A stretch of DNA of 64,000 bases, from NCBI GenBank assembly GCA_951406725.2, contig OX597820.1:59458001-59522000 (forward strand). Direction: 5' to 3'. Each line of letters opens with the position of its first letter. Within the stretch, counting starts at the first letter, position 1. This DNA is from Octopus vulgaris (lineage: Eukaryota). The notes beneath the pieces are model-generated. The model made no database searches. It saw nothing but the letters and a program-made list of their open reading frames with translations, and was not told the origin of the DNA. The position numbers and the translations under genes were made by a program. Shown one piece after another: positions 13,373 through 27,435 of this stretch.

Positions 13373-16061
13373 TGATTATTATTTCGGAATCATCTAGGAT
13401 CTGGTTAGTACCAGTCAAGACTATGCTTCGCTAAAGAGGTCTAATAAAGCCGAAACATGTCCAGAGTTATCGCAGTGCTCACCAAAGATCGGAAAACACT
13501 ACCCGTTTCATATCCTCGTTTAATACTTAATTTAAATTTCGAAGTCGTACTCTTACTTTTGACAGTCAGAATTTAAAAGCAATAGGATTTCTTCTTCCTC
13601 ATTATGGATATAATTTTAATTATATATCTCTTGCTTACTGCAACATATATTTTAGTAAATAACAAATTCTTTGAGGAGGGGGTCAACATCCATTAAATAA
13701 GCTGTGATTGCGAATCAGTTTCGATTCCTGGTAAAGACCATACACCCAAAGTCTTTGAAAAAGGCAAAAGCAACACACTTTTTTTGTTCTTTGCCTCTTA
13801 TAAAATCTATGCAAGAGATCATAAAATAAAAGGAAGAGAAAATAATGGTTCGAAGTATTTCACTGGTTCACTGCATTTCTGACAGTAACAGCGACAAAAG
13901 AATATCTAATCTGTTGTAAGGAACTTCATTCGTAAAACACCGTTCGTTTAATACGGTTTTCTTGTCAATTTTAAATGTTTAAAAAAGAACAGACATGTTT
14001 TATGTTCTTTTCTGAATAAAGAAATAATAATAAAAATACAGCCGCAAGATAAAATCAACATTTCTTTATTAAGGAGGTAACAAAGAAACAAATTCGAGAG
14101 ATAGACACAAAACTGAACTGTAGTTATGCCGAGTACTTATTTTATCGCCCCCAACTCACTCCTCGGAGGAATGGTAAAGTTAACCTCAGCGGGATTTGAA
14201 CTCAGAATGTGTAGGAACGTAACTAAATACGACAAGATATTTTGTCTGTCACTCAACCAATTCTGCTTGTCATCCACCGCCCTTCGCTACCAAGTTTATA
14301 ATGAAGAAAAAAATAAAAGAGGGAAAATAAAATGTCGTTACGGAATGTTCTCGGTGAACATGTGTGGCCCAAAACTCTACTGGCAGAAGTGAAGAAATCT
14401 TGAGATTAGATAGCAATAGTCTCGGTTGTTTGAGGGAGACAAATGATAAAGAGTGGAAGGAAGGGGGAGAGAGAGAGAGAGAGAGAGATAAGGAGACGTT
14501 AGGGTGATACAACAAATAGAGAGAGTGTGTGTGCGACTAACTTGGGAGTAGAAATAAGAGGCGGCAAGGGGGTGAAAAAAAAAGAAGAGAAATAACTAGA
14601 TAAAGGGAGGGGGAAATGAATGCGAATAACAACAGAGCAGTGAGAAATACAAATTTAAAAAAAATGAGGGGTGAAAGAAATAACTAGAGACAGATAGAGA
14701 AAAAGTGATATGTAGGTTCGTGTGTGGCTAGGAACTGTGTACTATTAAACTTGATTGCATTGTTTCAATCAAAGCATAATTATATCACAATAAAAGTTCT
14801 TTTTAGCCATTCCCTCACTCTCTGCACCACTTCTGTTTAATCTTTTACGAATTAGTGGTTGAATACTCTCAGTGACTATCACAATTAGAAGATATATTTT
14901 CGGGAGGTCCTGTGTCTAGGTGCCACACACAACACATACACACACATATATATATGAAGTTTATTTGGTGGGCTTGAAAACATTTGCAACGAAAACTGTG
15001 TTGCAAGATAATTCCACAGAGTTGACTGACGTTCTGGCAAGGAAGGATTAAGGTAGAGCAAGTCTCACTTTGAGCTTTACAGAGAATCAGCAGCTGATCA
15101 ATGTTGAATTTTTTTTTTCCTTGGCTCTAGAGAGGAAGGTTCTACTTCTACTGGTATGGCTGTAAAGATCAGCATGAGTGAGTGAGAAAGAGAGAGAGAG
15201 AGAGATAGGGATCATCAGCGACTGTGAAGTATGTCATTTCAGGAATTTAACTGCCTGTTGCCCAAGAGTATAGAAGGTGGTTTCTAAGATATACGTACAG
15301 TGATTAACATTATGACATTGTGTCACCAACTGAAGGAGACGAAATTGCTGTGCAAGTTCGGTCTCCGTTACAGAACGTTTTCGAATTCTCCTTTTTATGA
15401 GAAAACTGCTGGTTTGACGTAAGATACCTTGGTAACTTACACGTAGAAGACATGTGGTTGATTGGCTGGCGGACTGGTTGGATGGTTGTTTGACGAGGGT
15501 TGCTGGAAGTGACGGTAAATAGGTCTTTAAGAGGGAGGAGAATACTTGCAACAGAGCCGTAAATGGATTACACTAAAGGAATCTCCTCACTCCCAAACAA
15601 AACAAATACAATGTTTTGTTCCAAACCTACTTTGATCGATCATATGATCAGAAACACTTCCACCACGACAGTCCTGTTATGTGGGAAATTCAACCACTAT
15701 TTCAATCAGGTCGAACAACCATCCACATAAAGGTTGCCCTTCTTTGCAAGGTGGTGGGATTAAGCAATGAGACATGTCTAAGTCTCCAGGTATAAACGAT
15801 CCAATCGAAGTACCCACCCACTCAAAGTAAAACTAGAGACAAAAGAAAAATGTGACGAATTTGAATATTGGCTACTCTGGTCAACCTCAGTGCTTCTACT
15901 GTTTGTTCTAAGTTAAAAACAGACTTATCCAAAACTTTAAATGTGGTCTTACGAGTGAAATGCGCAAGTTGTGTGCACGCATACACGTTCATTGTGGTAC
16001 GTTTGTACTGTGCATGTGGATATGAAGCAATGAACGTCACACAATTTCAATTCCTCATATC

Positions 16062-16136
<75 letters not shown>

Positions 16137-19100
16137 ATATTATATATATAAGTGTATACACATGACACCTCAAGACAAATACACAGTCATATAAAAACGA
16201 GATAGTGGGTGAGAGAGTTAAGACCCTGCTTTCCTCACCCATCCGTGTGACTGACTACTGACATCAACATCAACAACAACTAATCCACCATCACTACCAC
16301 CACCACACTGCACACAAAAAAGCGTAAAAAATATATAGAAGTGAAAAAAGCAAGAAAGAAAAATGAAACAGACCTCCAACGCTGAAGGCGTCAGTGAAGA
16401 GAACTGGATGTCTCTGGGGGAGACGTTGAGATGTAACTGGAAGCCCATATCGTCAGACAAGACAACACAACAGCGGGGAGGGAGAAAAGAGAGAAAAACA
16501 GAGGCCACCACCCCACAAAATGCTATCATCATCACCATCATTATCATCATCATGTTTGATTTCACCCAGCAGATCTCATTCTCCTTGTTTGTTCAACCTT
16601 TACCACCACCATCATCATCACCACCACTTACCATTTCTATCCCGCTATATAGCATAACCCCTACCTCTTTTCTCCCTTGTAATATTGCATGCACTTTCGT
16701 CTCTCCCACCCGTTTACTTACTACTCATCAATCTCCTGTGGTAAGAAAGAAAGAGAATAGGAAAAAGGAAGAAAATAAGAGCGGTGGATCCCTCTAAACC
16801 CCTTCCTCACCACCATTTTCTATCGCATTCCCATACCACAATATCCCACCTCACTCTTTCCCCATTAACAGTGTGGTCATGGCAACCACCAAACCCACTA
16901 ACCCTAACCTCTCGCCCACCACACACGGTCAGGCACCTGTCAACACTGACAGAGCAAATTCAGGAAGTTTCTTTAGATTTCATTGTTCGAAATGCCTTCT
17001 CCGCCACCATCACCATCACCAACCAATACTCAATTATAAGCACACACCATGCATGTATCGTTTGAGTTATATATAACGTACTCACCTGTACTCTAAATAA
17101 ATAACTACGAAAAAACTTACGAACGCAAGATCACTTCATATGTATTGATATACAATAGAATTGCGAGTTATATATACCTATATATAATTCAGTTGTATGT
17201 TATCTATATGTAAATGCGTGTGTACTTATAGGCAATCTTTCGGTATTCAGAAAGGCTGGAAAGATTGCCTGTAGTATATATATGGATGTGTATATGTACA
17301 TAATTATGGATAGATACCTATATCATCATTCAGTCATCTACTTACGAAAACACACATTCACACTATATATATGAGGATAAATTTTAAAATATCTATCCTT
17401 TTTATCTATCAATCAGTCTTAGCTAGCTCTGTTCACTCACTCGAACTATCAATTTTATTTATTCACTAAACTTACCAACCCACTCAAACTTTGTATACTC
17501 TATGACTGTCTACGTTGGAAGGATGTAATATATTCACAACACAATTCGCTTTTGAAAGAATGTGCGAAAGTACAATTACAAAAGAGAGAACGAATGAAAA
17601 TAAGAGAGATAGAGAGGGGAAGGATGAGAGACAGAAAAGGAAGAGGGGAGGAAGAACAGAGGCTTTTAGTAGCATCAGAAAGAAAGGAAAAAAAAACCCC
17701 AAAAGATAAAAAGTTATAATAGAAAAGAAAGTTTGAAACTAAACCAAATACAGTTTACTTCATAGCGTGGAGAGGTAGAGTAGGCGGGGTGGGAAGATGT
17801 AACTGGAAAAATCGTTCCAGCTTCTCACTTGAGGACGAAAATAAAATAAAAATGTAAAACAAATAAAACTCTACACAAGGGATAAACGAAAAGAAAAAAT
17901 GCAAAAAGTAAAAGAAAAAAAGAAGACAGACGCAATAAGTGAAGTCTGAAGCAAATTTTTTAGGGGTGGTAGATACGAAAGATTCTTAAAGAACCTTCGT
18001 CGGTAAACAACGTGCCAAACTCTTTGGTTAAATCATTAGATGATTTGTTGATTGCTCTAGGGTATTAAAAAAAAATTGTATTGTATTTTTTCTTCTACCC
18101 TGGTAAGAAAAATAAAAAAAAAGGAGGTAATTTATTAAAAAAATATTCTGACGTAAAATTTGGATGTTGGCATTAAAATATTTGTATTGTTTGTTAGAAA
18201 GTTTTAAGTCAAGTGAATTTCAACTGCTTTCTCCCTCGTCTACTATTTCTATTAACTGATTCCCTTTTCTTGTTTCATCGACGTCGTCTTGAAGTTTTAA
18301 ATACACTCCATCGCAGCACTGTGCGTGTTCAGTTTCTGTCTTTCTCTCTTCCCCTGTTTCTCTCCCACTATCAAGAGGAACCAACCTGCCGCCGCTTTCA
18401 CCACGCAACAGGAGGTGAAAATAAACATGTGTCTGCGAGAAGAAGCAAAAACACTGACGACAACGATTTAGAACTTCGCAGTACTCTGAGATTTCTTCCC
18501 TTCGTCTATAAGCCTTATAGACGAAGAGAAGAATTTAAGAGAGAACTGCTGTTGATTTTCCACTCCAGTACTTTTGTTTTTTCATTTGTTCCGGAAAAAT
18601 AAAAGGCAAGCTTAACCCCGACTGATTTGAACTCCGAAAGTAAAGTCGCCGTAAATACCGCAAGCGATTTTGTCCGACGTTGTACTAATTCTATCAATCC
18701 ATCGCCGAAGTGAGTCAACCAGGGGACCTCCACATGAACATTATACGAAGGCAACAAAATAACAGCTATATCTCACTTAAATCACACCCAATGTCTTACA
18801 AGAGTGATGTGAATTTCGCTATACTATGTCTGAATAAACGGCGAGAAGATCAGAATTATAAAATTGTACGATCAGGGGACTACATAGGATTAAACAATAA
18901 AACCACACCAACAACATATAAATATAAGGAAATAAGATAGGATATGATCAATTCGTATGTGTACACACATATTTCAAAATTTCTTCCAGAAATTATAGAT
19001 TCGAGATTGTTACCATCCGAAAGAAAAGTAAAACATGTTTTGCTTGCAAGTATGAGTCCCCCCTCCACACACATGCGCAAAAAAAAAAGATGCCAAACCA

Positions 19101-22100
19101 TGTGGTTTTAGAACGTAGAGAGAAGGGATATATAGTGTCAGTTATCAAATAAAGGGTGAGAGGGGGAGCAGTCGATGTCTTCTCCCCCCACCATCATCAT
19201 TATAAACATAGGAAATTGCTTTCGGATGTCTGGCCTCACACCATGAATCTTGTGTTGCTAACACATCGAGCGGGCATATAGACATATACATACATCTCGA
19301 CATGTACACAATACATATATACATATATATGTATGGTAAGATTTATGTATATAGCTTGCGCGTTATCTATCTATCTCTCTTCTATATAAGAAAATTTAAA
19401 TACATATTGTACATGTGATATTATAAGCATAAATTTAAATACATACATTTGTGCAAATATATATGGTCTGACATATACTAACGCAGACACATATATATAT
19501 ATATACTTGTGCATGTGTATATATTATGTCTACGTAACACGAAAGTATTTAAACAAATGGTAGATACAATTACTACTGTTACTGATGCTGCTGTGATTCC
19601 ACCACATACAGATATTCACATATGCAACGAAGCAAACAAAGCAATCTGCTTCCCCAACACCCAAAATTATCTAAAAGGGTCTCGATTCACCGCCACCGAC
19701 ACACCTTTACCAACACGAAATAAGTTCAAGGAGTTTGAGAGAAACTTTCAAATGATGGGAGCTGACTCTTCAGGGAGTTGACACCGATAGACAGACAGAT
19801 TCGTCTCAAGGGTCTAGCCTCCTCACACCCTATCTTTCTATTCCTTCACAAGCAGCCTGAGCCCTGCCCTCGTAAAGTGGATAGAAAGTTGTCCTTATCG
19901 GTGAAGCGGCGGGATTCGATGGCTGATAGATGGATGGTTTCCATTGGCAAGTTATAACAGCTTCGACATTCCAGCGGGAGTATAATGTAAACAACATATA
20001 CATACACATATTCTGTGTGTGCGTGTGCGCGCGCGTATGTATGTGTATGTATATATTTCAATGATTTACTTATGTAAAAGTTTCATACACGCATGCATAT
20101 ATATATATAATTTTTTAGACTGCATTTTTTTCGGACAACTGACCGAATATGTGTGTGCTTGCATGTATACACACTTACATAGAACAAAAATACTTTTATC
20201 ACACACGTGCATTTATGTATATAATGTAACATGACATACATAGTGCATTACATCGATACATATAATGGTGTTAAATAAACACATGCACATATTACTGACG
20301 TTGTGCAAACATATTTCTAGGGAGCTTTTGAGACGAAATATCATTATTATATATGAAGTGTGTACAACTGTTAAATACAAACGTGAAACCGTATGTGCGT
20401 GGGTGTGTGTTACTGTGTAATTATATGTGATGTCTCATGTATATCTATGCTAGTGCGCTGGTGTTTTGTGGGGAGTAAAAGGCAGTGTGAAGGAAGGAAG
20501 GAGAGGCGGTGTGAAGCGAGTATTTGCCTCGGAGAAAAATAGTTCCTCGTACGTTGAAAGCTAGGCTAAGACATGGTTGGTGAGCAAGCTTATGAGAAGA
20601 ACACACACGGAGAATAAGGGAGAGGTGTGGTGGGAGAGAGAGAAAATGGTCGGGAGCAAAGTGAAAGATATAAGGAGAGGGGAAAAGGGAAGTAGATCAG
20701 GAATGAAATACAAAAGAGTGGGATATTATTATATAGAGAGTGATTATTAGATAGATAGATAGATAAAATGAGCGTCAAAGATAAAGTATAATATAATGAT
20801 AGAGTGATAAAGCGATAGAGTAATAGGGAAAAGAGATTGACAGTGATGCAGTGAATAAGGGGGCAGAAGGCGAAGGCATGGAGAAATGCTAAAAGGAGAA
20901 CAACAGATGGCGTGAAGGAGAAACAGAGAAATAAACAAAGTGGGAGGAAGTAGAATAAAGAAGAAATTAGAGAGGTTAAATAGAAAATGGATAAAGTGTG
21001 AGAAGAAAGATCGTAGATTTCATGCATTCCACCGAAAAATATGCCATCCACACATTCAAGCCCCGCTGAACGCCTTGTGTACGGGAGGTATCCATACGGT
21101 ACTTCTTCAAGTGTTTAAACATATGTAGAATTATTCAATTTCATCACCATCTCCCACCCTCACTACATACACACACATGTCCAAGCGCCATTCTTTTCAC
21201 TCCATACCTTGTGTGTGCCCCCTATCTGTGAGTATGTGTGTACGAATTCTTTGTATTTGGTAATTAAGAATAGGCAAGCATGATGCATTATAGTTGTCAA
21301 GTGGAATACCTAATATATATAGGTTATGATCGGTAGTTAAGTTTGGAAACCCATCTCCATAGCTTCACTAAAGTTTGGTTTGTTACAAAGAGATCCGCTA
21401 GTACATGCAATAAGCATCTACAGGTAGGTACGGCAAAACTGTATGAATTAGATGCCAGCCTGCTGCACTGTTTTATTAAAAAATAATAAGATTTTCGCAT
21501 CATGACTTTTCGTCGATTTGATGTCGACAAATAAATAGCGAAAAAATACTTTTTCAATAAATATTGAAATACTGAACTAATATTTCTAGTTGATGAACGT
21601 TTTGACATCTTTCTCACTCTATATTATGGAAAATAGTTCACAAAACAGTGTTAAGACAACAGGGAGAGAACATGGTTAAAAGCGGTTAGTTCAAATTAGA
21701 AAAAAATACTGGAAGGGGTGTGAAGACTGAGCAGTTATCAATAAAAAAGAATGCAGATAAGTGACATGGGTATATCAAGTCGGTGGTTAGAGTAAAATAA
21801 TAGTTGAAACACACAGCATGGTGTTAGATTTCCTACTTTCTTTTCTTCTTTTTTAAAAAAAGTTTTGGTGATGGGGGCACAAAAAGAACATATCACAATA
21901 TTCTCTAAATAAATCCAATCTGCACAAGAGGCCTTTCTAACTTTCTAGACCACCAACGTAGATATTTGTAATCTGGATAGCTAACGGTAAAGATAAACCT
22001 GCACAAACGTGATACTTTCGTGTTATACAAAATTACTATTACACACATACACACACACACACACACACACATTACACACGCACGCGCGCACACACGCACA

Positions 22101-22766
22101 TTACACAAGCACGCGCGCACACACACATACACACACACACAACGTGGTAGGTAAAATTGGAACATGCCGCTGAAGTGGAATTCTTTTAGTGGAGGTTTTA
22201 AGTAATTTTCACACTTAAATGAATGGCATGCCATCAGTAGCAACATGACATTAGATCATATATCTTTGTACACACGGCATACAATATGTGTCCAATATGT
22301 ATAAGCATTATATATATATATAAAACACTCATACATATTAGACACATAGAACTATAAGCTATATACATACATTTAAGTATATCGCATACTGAATCCTATG
22401 AGAACATAGCTCGGTTGATACCGATAATTGCGTAAAGTGACACATTTATATTACGTGACAGTGATACATTATATTATGTGACAGCCAGTGTTGCATGAAG
22501 TTTGTTTTGTCATTGGTAAGTACGTGTATGCCATAGTGTTTGTGGCTGTTGGTTGTATGTATAACATACCGTTATGATCATTGCTAGTACACATATGTTA
22601 GATAAATGAGACCATAAACTGACAAGATGACCACAGATGTCAGTCCCTTGTGATGATTGAGTGACTATACCTATGTAGATGTGTGTTTAATTAAGCACTT
22701 TCTTAGGTGTTTTAGTGTTATCATAAAACTATTCAAAAGCAAAAATGAAGAGGAAAGATGTCTTAC

Positions 22767-22883
22767 CTTCTTAATTTGCTTATAGGCAACCTCTGCATTA
22801 ACCCAGCTAGTCCTGGTAAGTAAATCTATGTCGTCCTTAGTGTTAGCTGGCATTGATCTTGGAACCCTAGTCATCGCGGGTCC
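22767..22883 (-). CDS. ptc: Patched N-terminal coding exon (in-frame ATG at 22874)
   Basis: Translates GPAMTRVPRSMPANTKDDIDLLTRTSWVNAEVAYKQIKK, matching the Patched motif DL..R.SW.DA..AL.QI.K. Donor AAG|gtaaga is phase 0 and joins in frame to the 8305 exon (QIKK|GKS). Acceptor ctccttgttttag|GGA at 22884/22883. Confidence 0.92.
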
Positions 22884-23428
22884 CTAAAACAAGGAGAAAT
22901 ATAAAAGTTCGATTAACAAGTCAATATGCTGAGTGTATGTATACATGTGTATAAACAAATTTGTGAATGTTACCTGCCACATACTGGCGACATATCCAGG
23001 GACAGCTTCGTCTTACACAGTTAATAAAAATCAGGAAAATGAGCACTGTGTGCATGCACGCGCGTATGTTTACATACGACAAAAATATGCACTCGCATAT
23101 TCAAGTATCTTCACACATGTATAGACACATTTATAAGAATATATGTATGTACTTATCATGCGTAGGTTACGTATGTATAATGTGGTTATTTCATTGATAA
23201 ATAAATATCCATAGACATACATATAGCATAAGATTCAAAGATTGTATAAGAGAGAAATGAAATTAGATGATGACATAAACAGACAGAATCAGAAGAAAAA
23301 CAAAATTAAGAATACAGAAACTAAAATGTAAAAGACAGAAGTCCGAAACAGAGATGACAGATAGACATGGTTGGATGACTGTTAATAATTCTTTGAAAGT
23401 GTGAAGAAAAAAAATATCCGAAACTAAC

Positions 23429-23470
23429 CTTTGCTGTTTTGGAAGAAGCTGGATGTGACCAGCTTGCCAT
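23429..23470 (-). CDS. ptc: Probable first coding exon of patched (MASWSHPASSKTAK)
   Basis: ATG at 23470 (ccgATGG) reads 14 codons to a donor AAG|gttagt in phase 0, in frame with the acceptor at 22883. Based on splice signals and frame only, with no homology support. Confidence 0.5.
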
Positions 23471-23534
23471 CGGATTGACTTCATAAACGAAGGATTTTGT
23501 GGTGATGAGTGATGTTTAAATATAAATATATGTA

Positions 23535-23582
<48 letters not shown>

Positions 23583-24874
23583 TTATATGTTTGTGTGTGT
23601 AAAGTGTGACTAAATATTTGTGTGCGTATGCGAATATAAAGAACTTTTACTTTGATTTCTCAAGTTTTTGTTACGAGTGAAAACGTGTGTGCACGTATGC
23701 GAGGTGGGTAACTTTGAAACTTTCTGAACTGAGAAAAGAAGAGGGCAGAGGGAACTTCTTTCACAATCTTCCTTCCTTCTAGTATACGAGCAAGCTTGAA
23801 ACTGTTGCTCGTAGTAGTAAGATACTTATAGTAGTAATAGTTAATATTGTTATTTCTGTTGATGATTTTTTTTTTTTACTTATACACTGTTTGTTCGTAG
23901 TTATACACAAAAATTTCTCGGTAAAGATAATTAAGATAGTTTGATTGCTGTTTTTCTATTTTTGATCCGAACAGAAAAATAGACAGGAAGAGTGTTGACT
24001 TAAAGAGCCAACTGACAGGCTGATTGTGAGAGACAGAGACGGACGACTGCAAGTAAGACAGAAGGGTAAGATTAGAATGAGGAGGACACGAACTGTCGTA
24101 CTGTGCCTTCCTTCCTTCCTTTCGGTTGTAGTAAAGTAGCACGCCTGCTATACTGACTCCCTCATGTCAACTCCTTCCCCATTACACTTGCTCTCTGTCT
24201 GTCTATCTCTTTTACAGTACCCGCTTTCCTACCCTTCTCTTTCTCCCTTACACTAACAGCTCAACCCTTTCTGTCTCTTACACTGTTGCTTTCCTCCTCG
24301 TGCTTTCTCTTTCTCTATTTCTCTTTTTCTTAGGCTGCTTATTTAACCCTCTTTTTCTCCTACACTACCCACCTTTCTCTTCTCTCTCTCCTTCTCTTTT
24401 ACACTGCTTTTTTAAGCCTCTTTTACTAATTCTTTATCACTCTTTTCCTCACACTGACTGCTTAAACCCTCTCTTTCTCTTTTACGATGCCCTTTCCTTT
24501 CTATCTCTCACAGTACCTATTTTCCCCTTTCTATCTTACACTGCCTGTTTACCCCTCTCTTTTATAGTCCTTGTTCCAACTCTCATTGCCCTCTCTCTCA
24601 TGTACAATTCCCTATCACACTTTCTCAGTCTTATACACACAGGACTAGATTCCCTTGGTTTCTTTATTAATTCTTTCACCGTTTCCCCATTTTTGTGAAA
24701 GTATTATTTCTTACTTTTCATTCTCTCTCTGCTTTCCCTTACGCACACACACGCGCGCAAACATATTCACACGCATATACACATCGTATCTCTTTTCCTA
24801 CATATATTTGAACCACGCTCTACCCTTTCTCCCCTTCTCTACACCCGTTTTCACAACTTTATCCTCTTATCCCT

Positions 24875-25200
24875 ACTACAACCACCACTCAAGCGACCGA
24901 CCTCCGCCTTTTGGGGCCACGCCCTCGCGTGGTGGATGATTGACAGCTAGCCATCCTATCTGCCGCTGCCATTGGCTAGCCGACACCATCACCATTACAT
25001 CGTCGCTGTTGAGCAAGCAGCTTCATTGGTATTAGTTGCCAAGGCAACAACATATTCGTCTTCCTCTATTCATATACTCTCTGGTGTATAATGCGGGTAT
25101 GTGTGTGTGTGTGGCTACGCGTCTATGTGAAAGTGTGTGTGTGTGCATGTGTGAGATATGGACCACACAGATCGCGAGAGCTGCCAGAATTGCTCCTCAA
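24875..25200 (-). promoter_or_regulatory. Probable patched promoter / proximal enhancer
   Basis: Local GC/CpG-rich island about 1.4 kb upstream of the first candidate exon. It has two minus-strand CCAAT boxes (ATTGG at 24971 and 25026), a KLF/Sp-like GCCACGCCC at about 24916 and a Gli-like GACCACACA at 25161-25169. Confidence 0.55.
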
Positions 25201-25230
25201 ATCTCCCTCTTTGGTTAATTCTCTCTCTTG

Positions 25231-25490
<260 letters not shown>

Positions 25491-25841
25491 TATCTACTTA
25501 CCTACCTATCATTGTATCCTTCTCGTATCACCTTTCATTTCTCTTTTTCTTTCCTCTCTCTCGATATATATAGAGAGAGAGTGAGAGAGGGAAGAAGAAA
25601 AGAGATGGAAGGCGATATATATATATCCGTGCTTAATTTCGATCCTCCGCCTCAGCATACCTTTCTCTCTATCTCTGTCTGTCTTTCTCTGTCTTTTATA
25701 CTTACTATCTCTCTCAACTCGCTCCCACCAACCTGATAACTCTGACAGTAATTGTTACATTTGAGAAGATAGCTAAAGTATTCGGGAGGTCCGCTGTAGC
25801 TATGCATGCATACCACACACACACACACACACATATGCGTG

Positions 25842-25881
<40 letters not shown>

Positions 25882-26286
25882 TTGCCTCGTGTTATTTTGT
25901 GTACTGTGTATGCTGCGCTGTAATTTGTTCGTGAGGGTGTGTGAGTGTATGTATATATATATATATGTATGTGTGTATGCTTGTAATGTATTCGTGGGTG
26001 TGTGGTTATTACGCACGCGCGCGCGCGTGTTTTGTACGGGATCTTCTCATCATATGGCAATGAATGTACGTGCCTTTATCTACATGCGTATTCGAAAAAT
26101 CTGAGTGCCTTCGAGTGCTTCTGAATATGTTTATATGCTTGCATTGTATACATAATCTATGTACCCACATGTAATGCCCGTATTTCTAGGCGTGCGTACG
26201 TATGCATGTATGTATGTATGTATGTATGTATGTATGTATGTATGTATGTATGTATGTATGTATGTATGTATGTATGTATGTATGTA

Positions 26287-26690
26287 TGTGGCTGTGTGGT
26301 AAGGCGCTTTCTTCCAAATCACATGGTTCCTGGTTCAGTTCCACTGTATGACGCCTTGGGCAAGTGTCTTTCTAGTATAGCCTCGAGCCGACCAAAAGCC
26401 TGGTGAGTGGTATTTGGTAGACGGAAGTTGAAAAGTAGCTCGCCGTATACTATATATAGAATGTACCTATGTATGTGTGTCTTTGAGTCAGTGTTTGTCC
26501 CCCACCGCCGTTTGACAATCGGTGTTAGTGTGTTTACGTTCCCGTAACCTGGCGATTCGGCAAAACCGACAGTTAACGCTTAACCGTTAAAAAGTAAGTC
26601 CTGGGGTCGATTTCTTCAGCTAAAACCTTTGAAGGTGGTGCCCCAGCATGGCCGCAGTCAAATGATTGAAACATGTAAAAGATAAAAGAT
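26287..26690 (+). mobile_element. CORE-like SINE
   Basis: GTGGCTGTGTGGTAAG...GGTTCAGTTCC...CCTTGGGCAAGTGTCTTTCTAGTATAGCCTCG (CORE-like)...CAGCATGGCCGCAGTCAAATGATTGAAAC. Confidence 0.85.
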
Positions 26691-26757
26691 GTATGTACGC
26701 TTGTATGTGTGTATATATATATATATATGTATGTGTATATGTATTTATATATGTATA

Positions 26758-26828
<71 letters not shown>

Positions 26829-26923
26829 ACATGTATATATATGTGTGTATATGTATGTATATGTATATGTATACATATATATGTAGATATATGTGCATAT
26901 ATATATGTATGCATGTATATTTG

Positions 26924-26964
<41 letters not shown>

Positions 26965-27319
26965 CAAATGAAAGACAGAATATGGAATATACGACAATTT
27001 ATTGTTAATCACGACAATTGTTACGACACATTGGGTGGGACACTCAACAACTGGTTCAGGAGCCTCCGGTGGTGCAGATGTATCTCGTCGGGTGATAAAT
27101 AAATACAACTCGTTAAAATGAATGTTTCGCAATGTAACTTTCCGTTTTGTAGAGAGAAAAGCAACCAGACGGAGGAAATATTTATATATTTATATATGTA
27201 TGCACGTGTATAGATATATGTATGTATATATATATATATTTATATATATGTGTGTGTATAAATTTGTATGTGTATATATGTATATGTATGTGTATATATA
27301 TATGTATGTATGTGCATAT

Positions 27320-27371
<52 letters not shown>

Positions 27372-27390
27372 GACTGAAACAAGTAACAGA

Positions 27391-27435
<45 letters not shown>

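Noticed and set aside
24300-24698. Hydrophobic ORF suggesting a membrane protein (also 20590-21051)
   Set aside because: Low-complexity CT/GA-rich tracts give F/L/S-biased translations, with no recognisable domain or splice structure.
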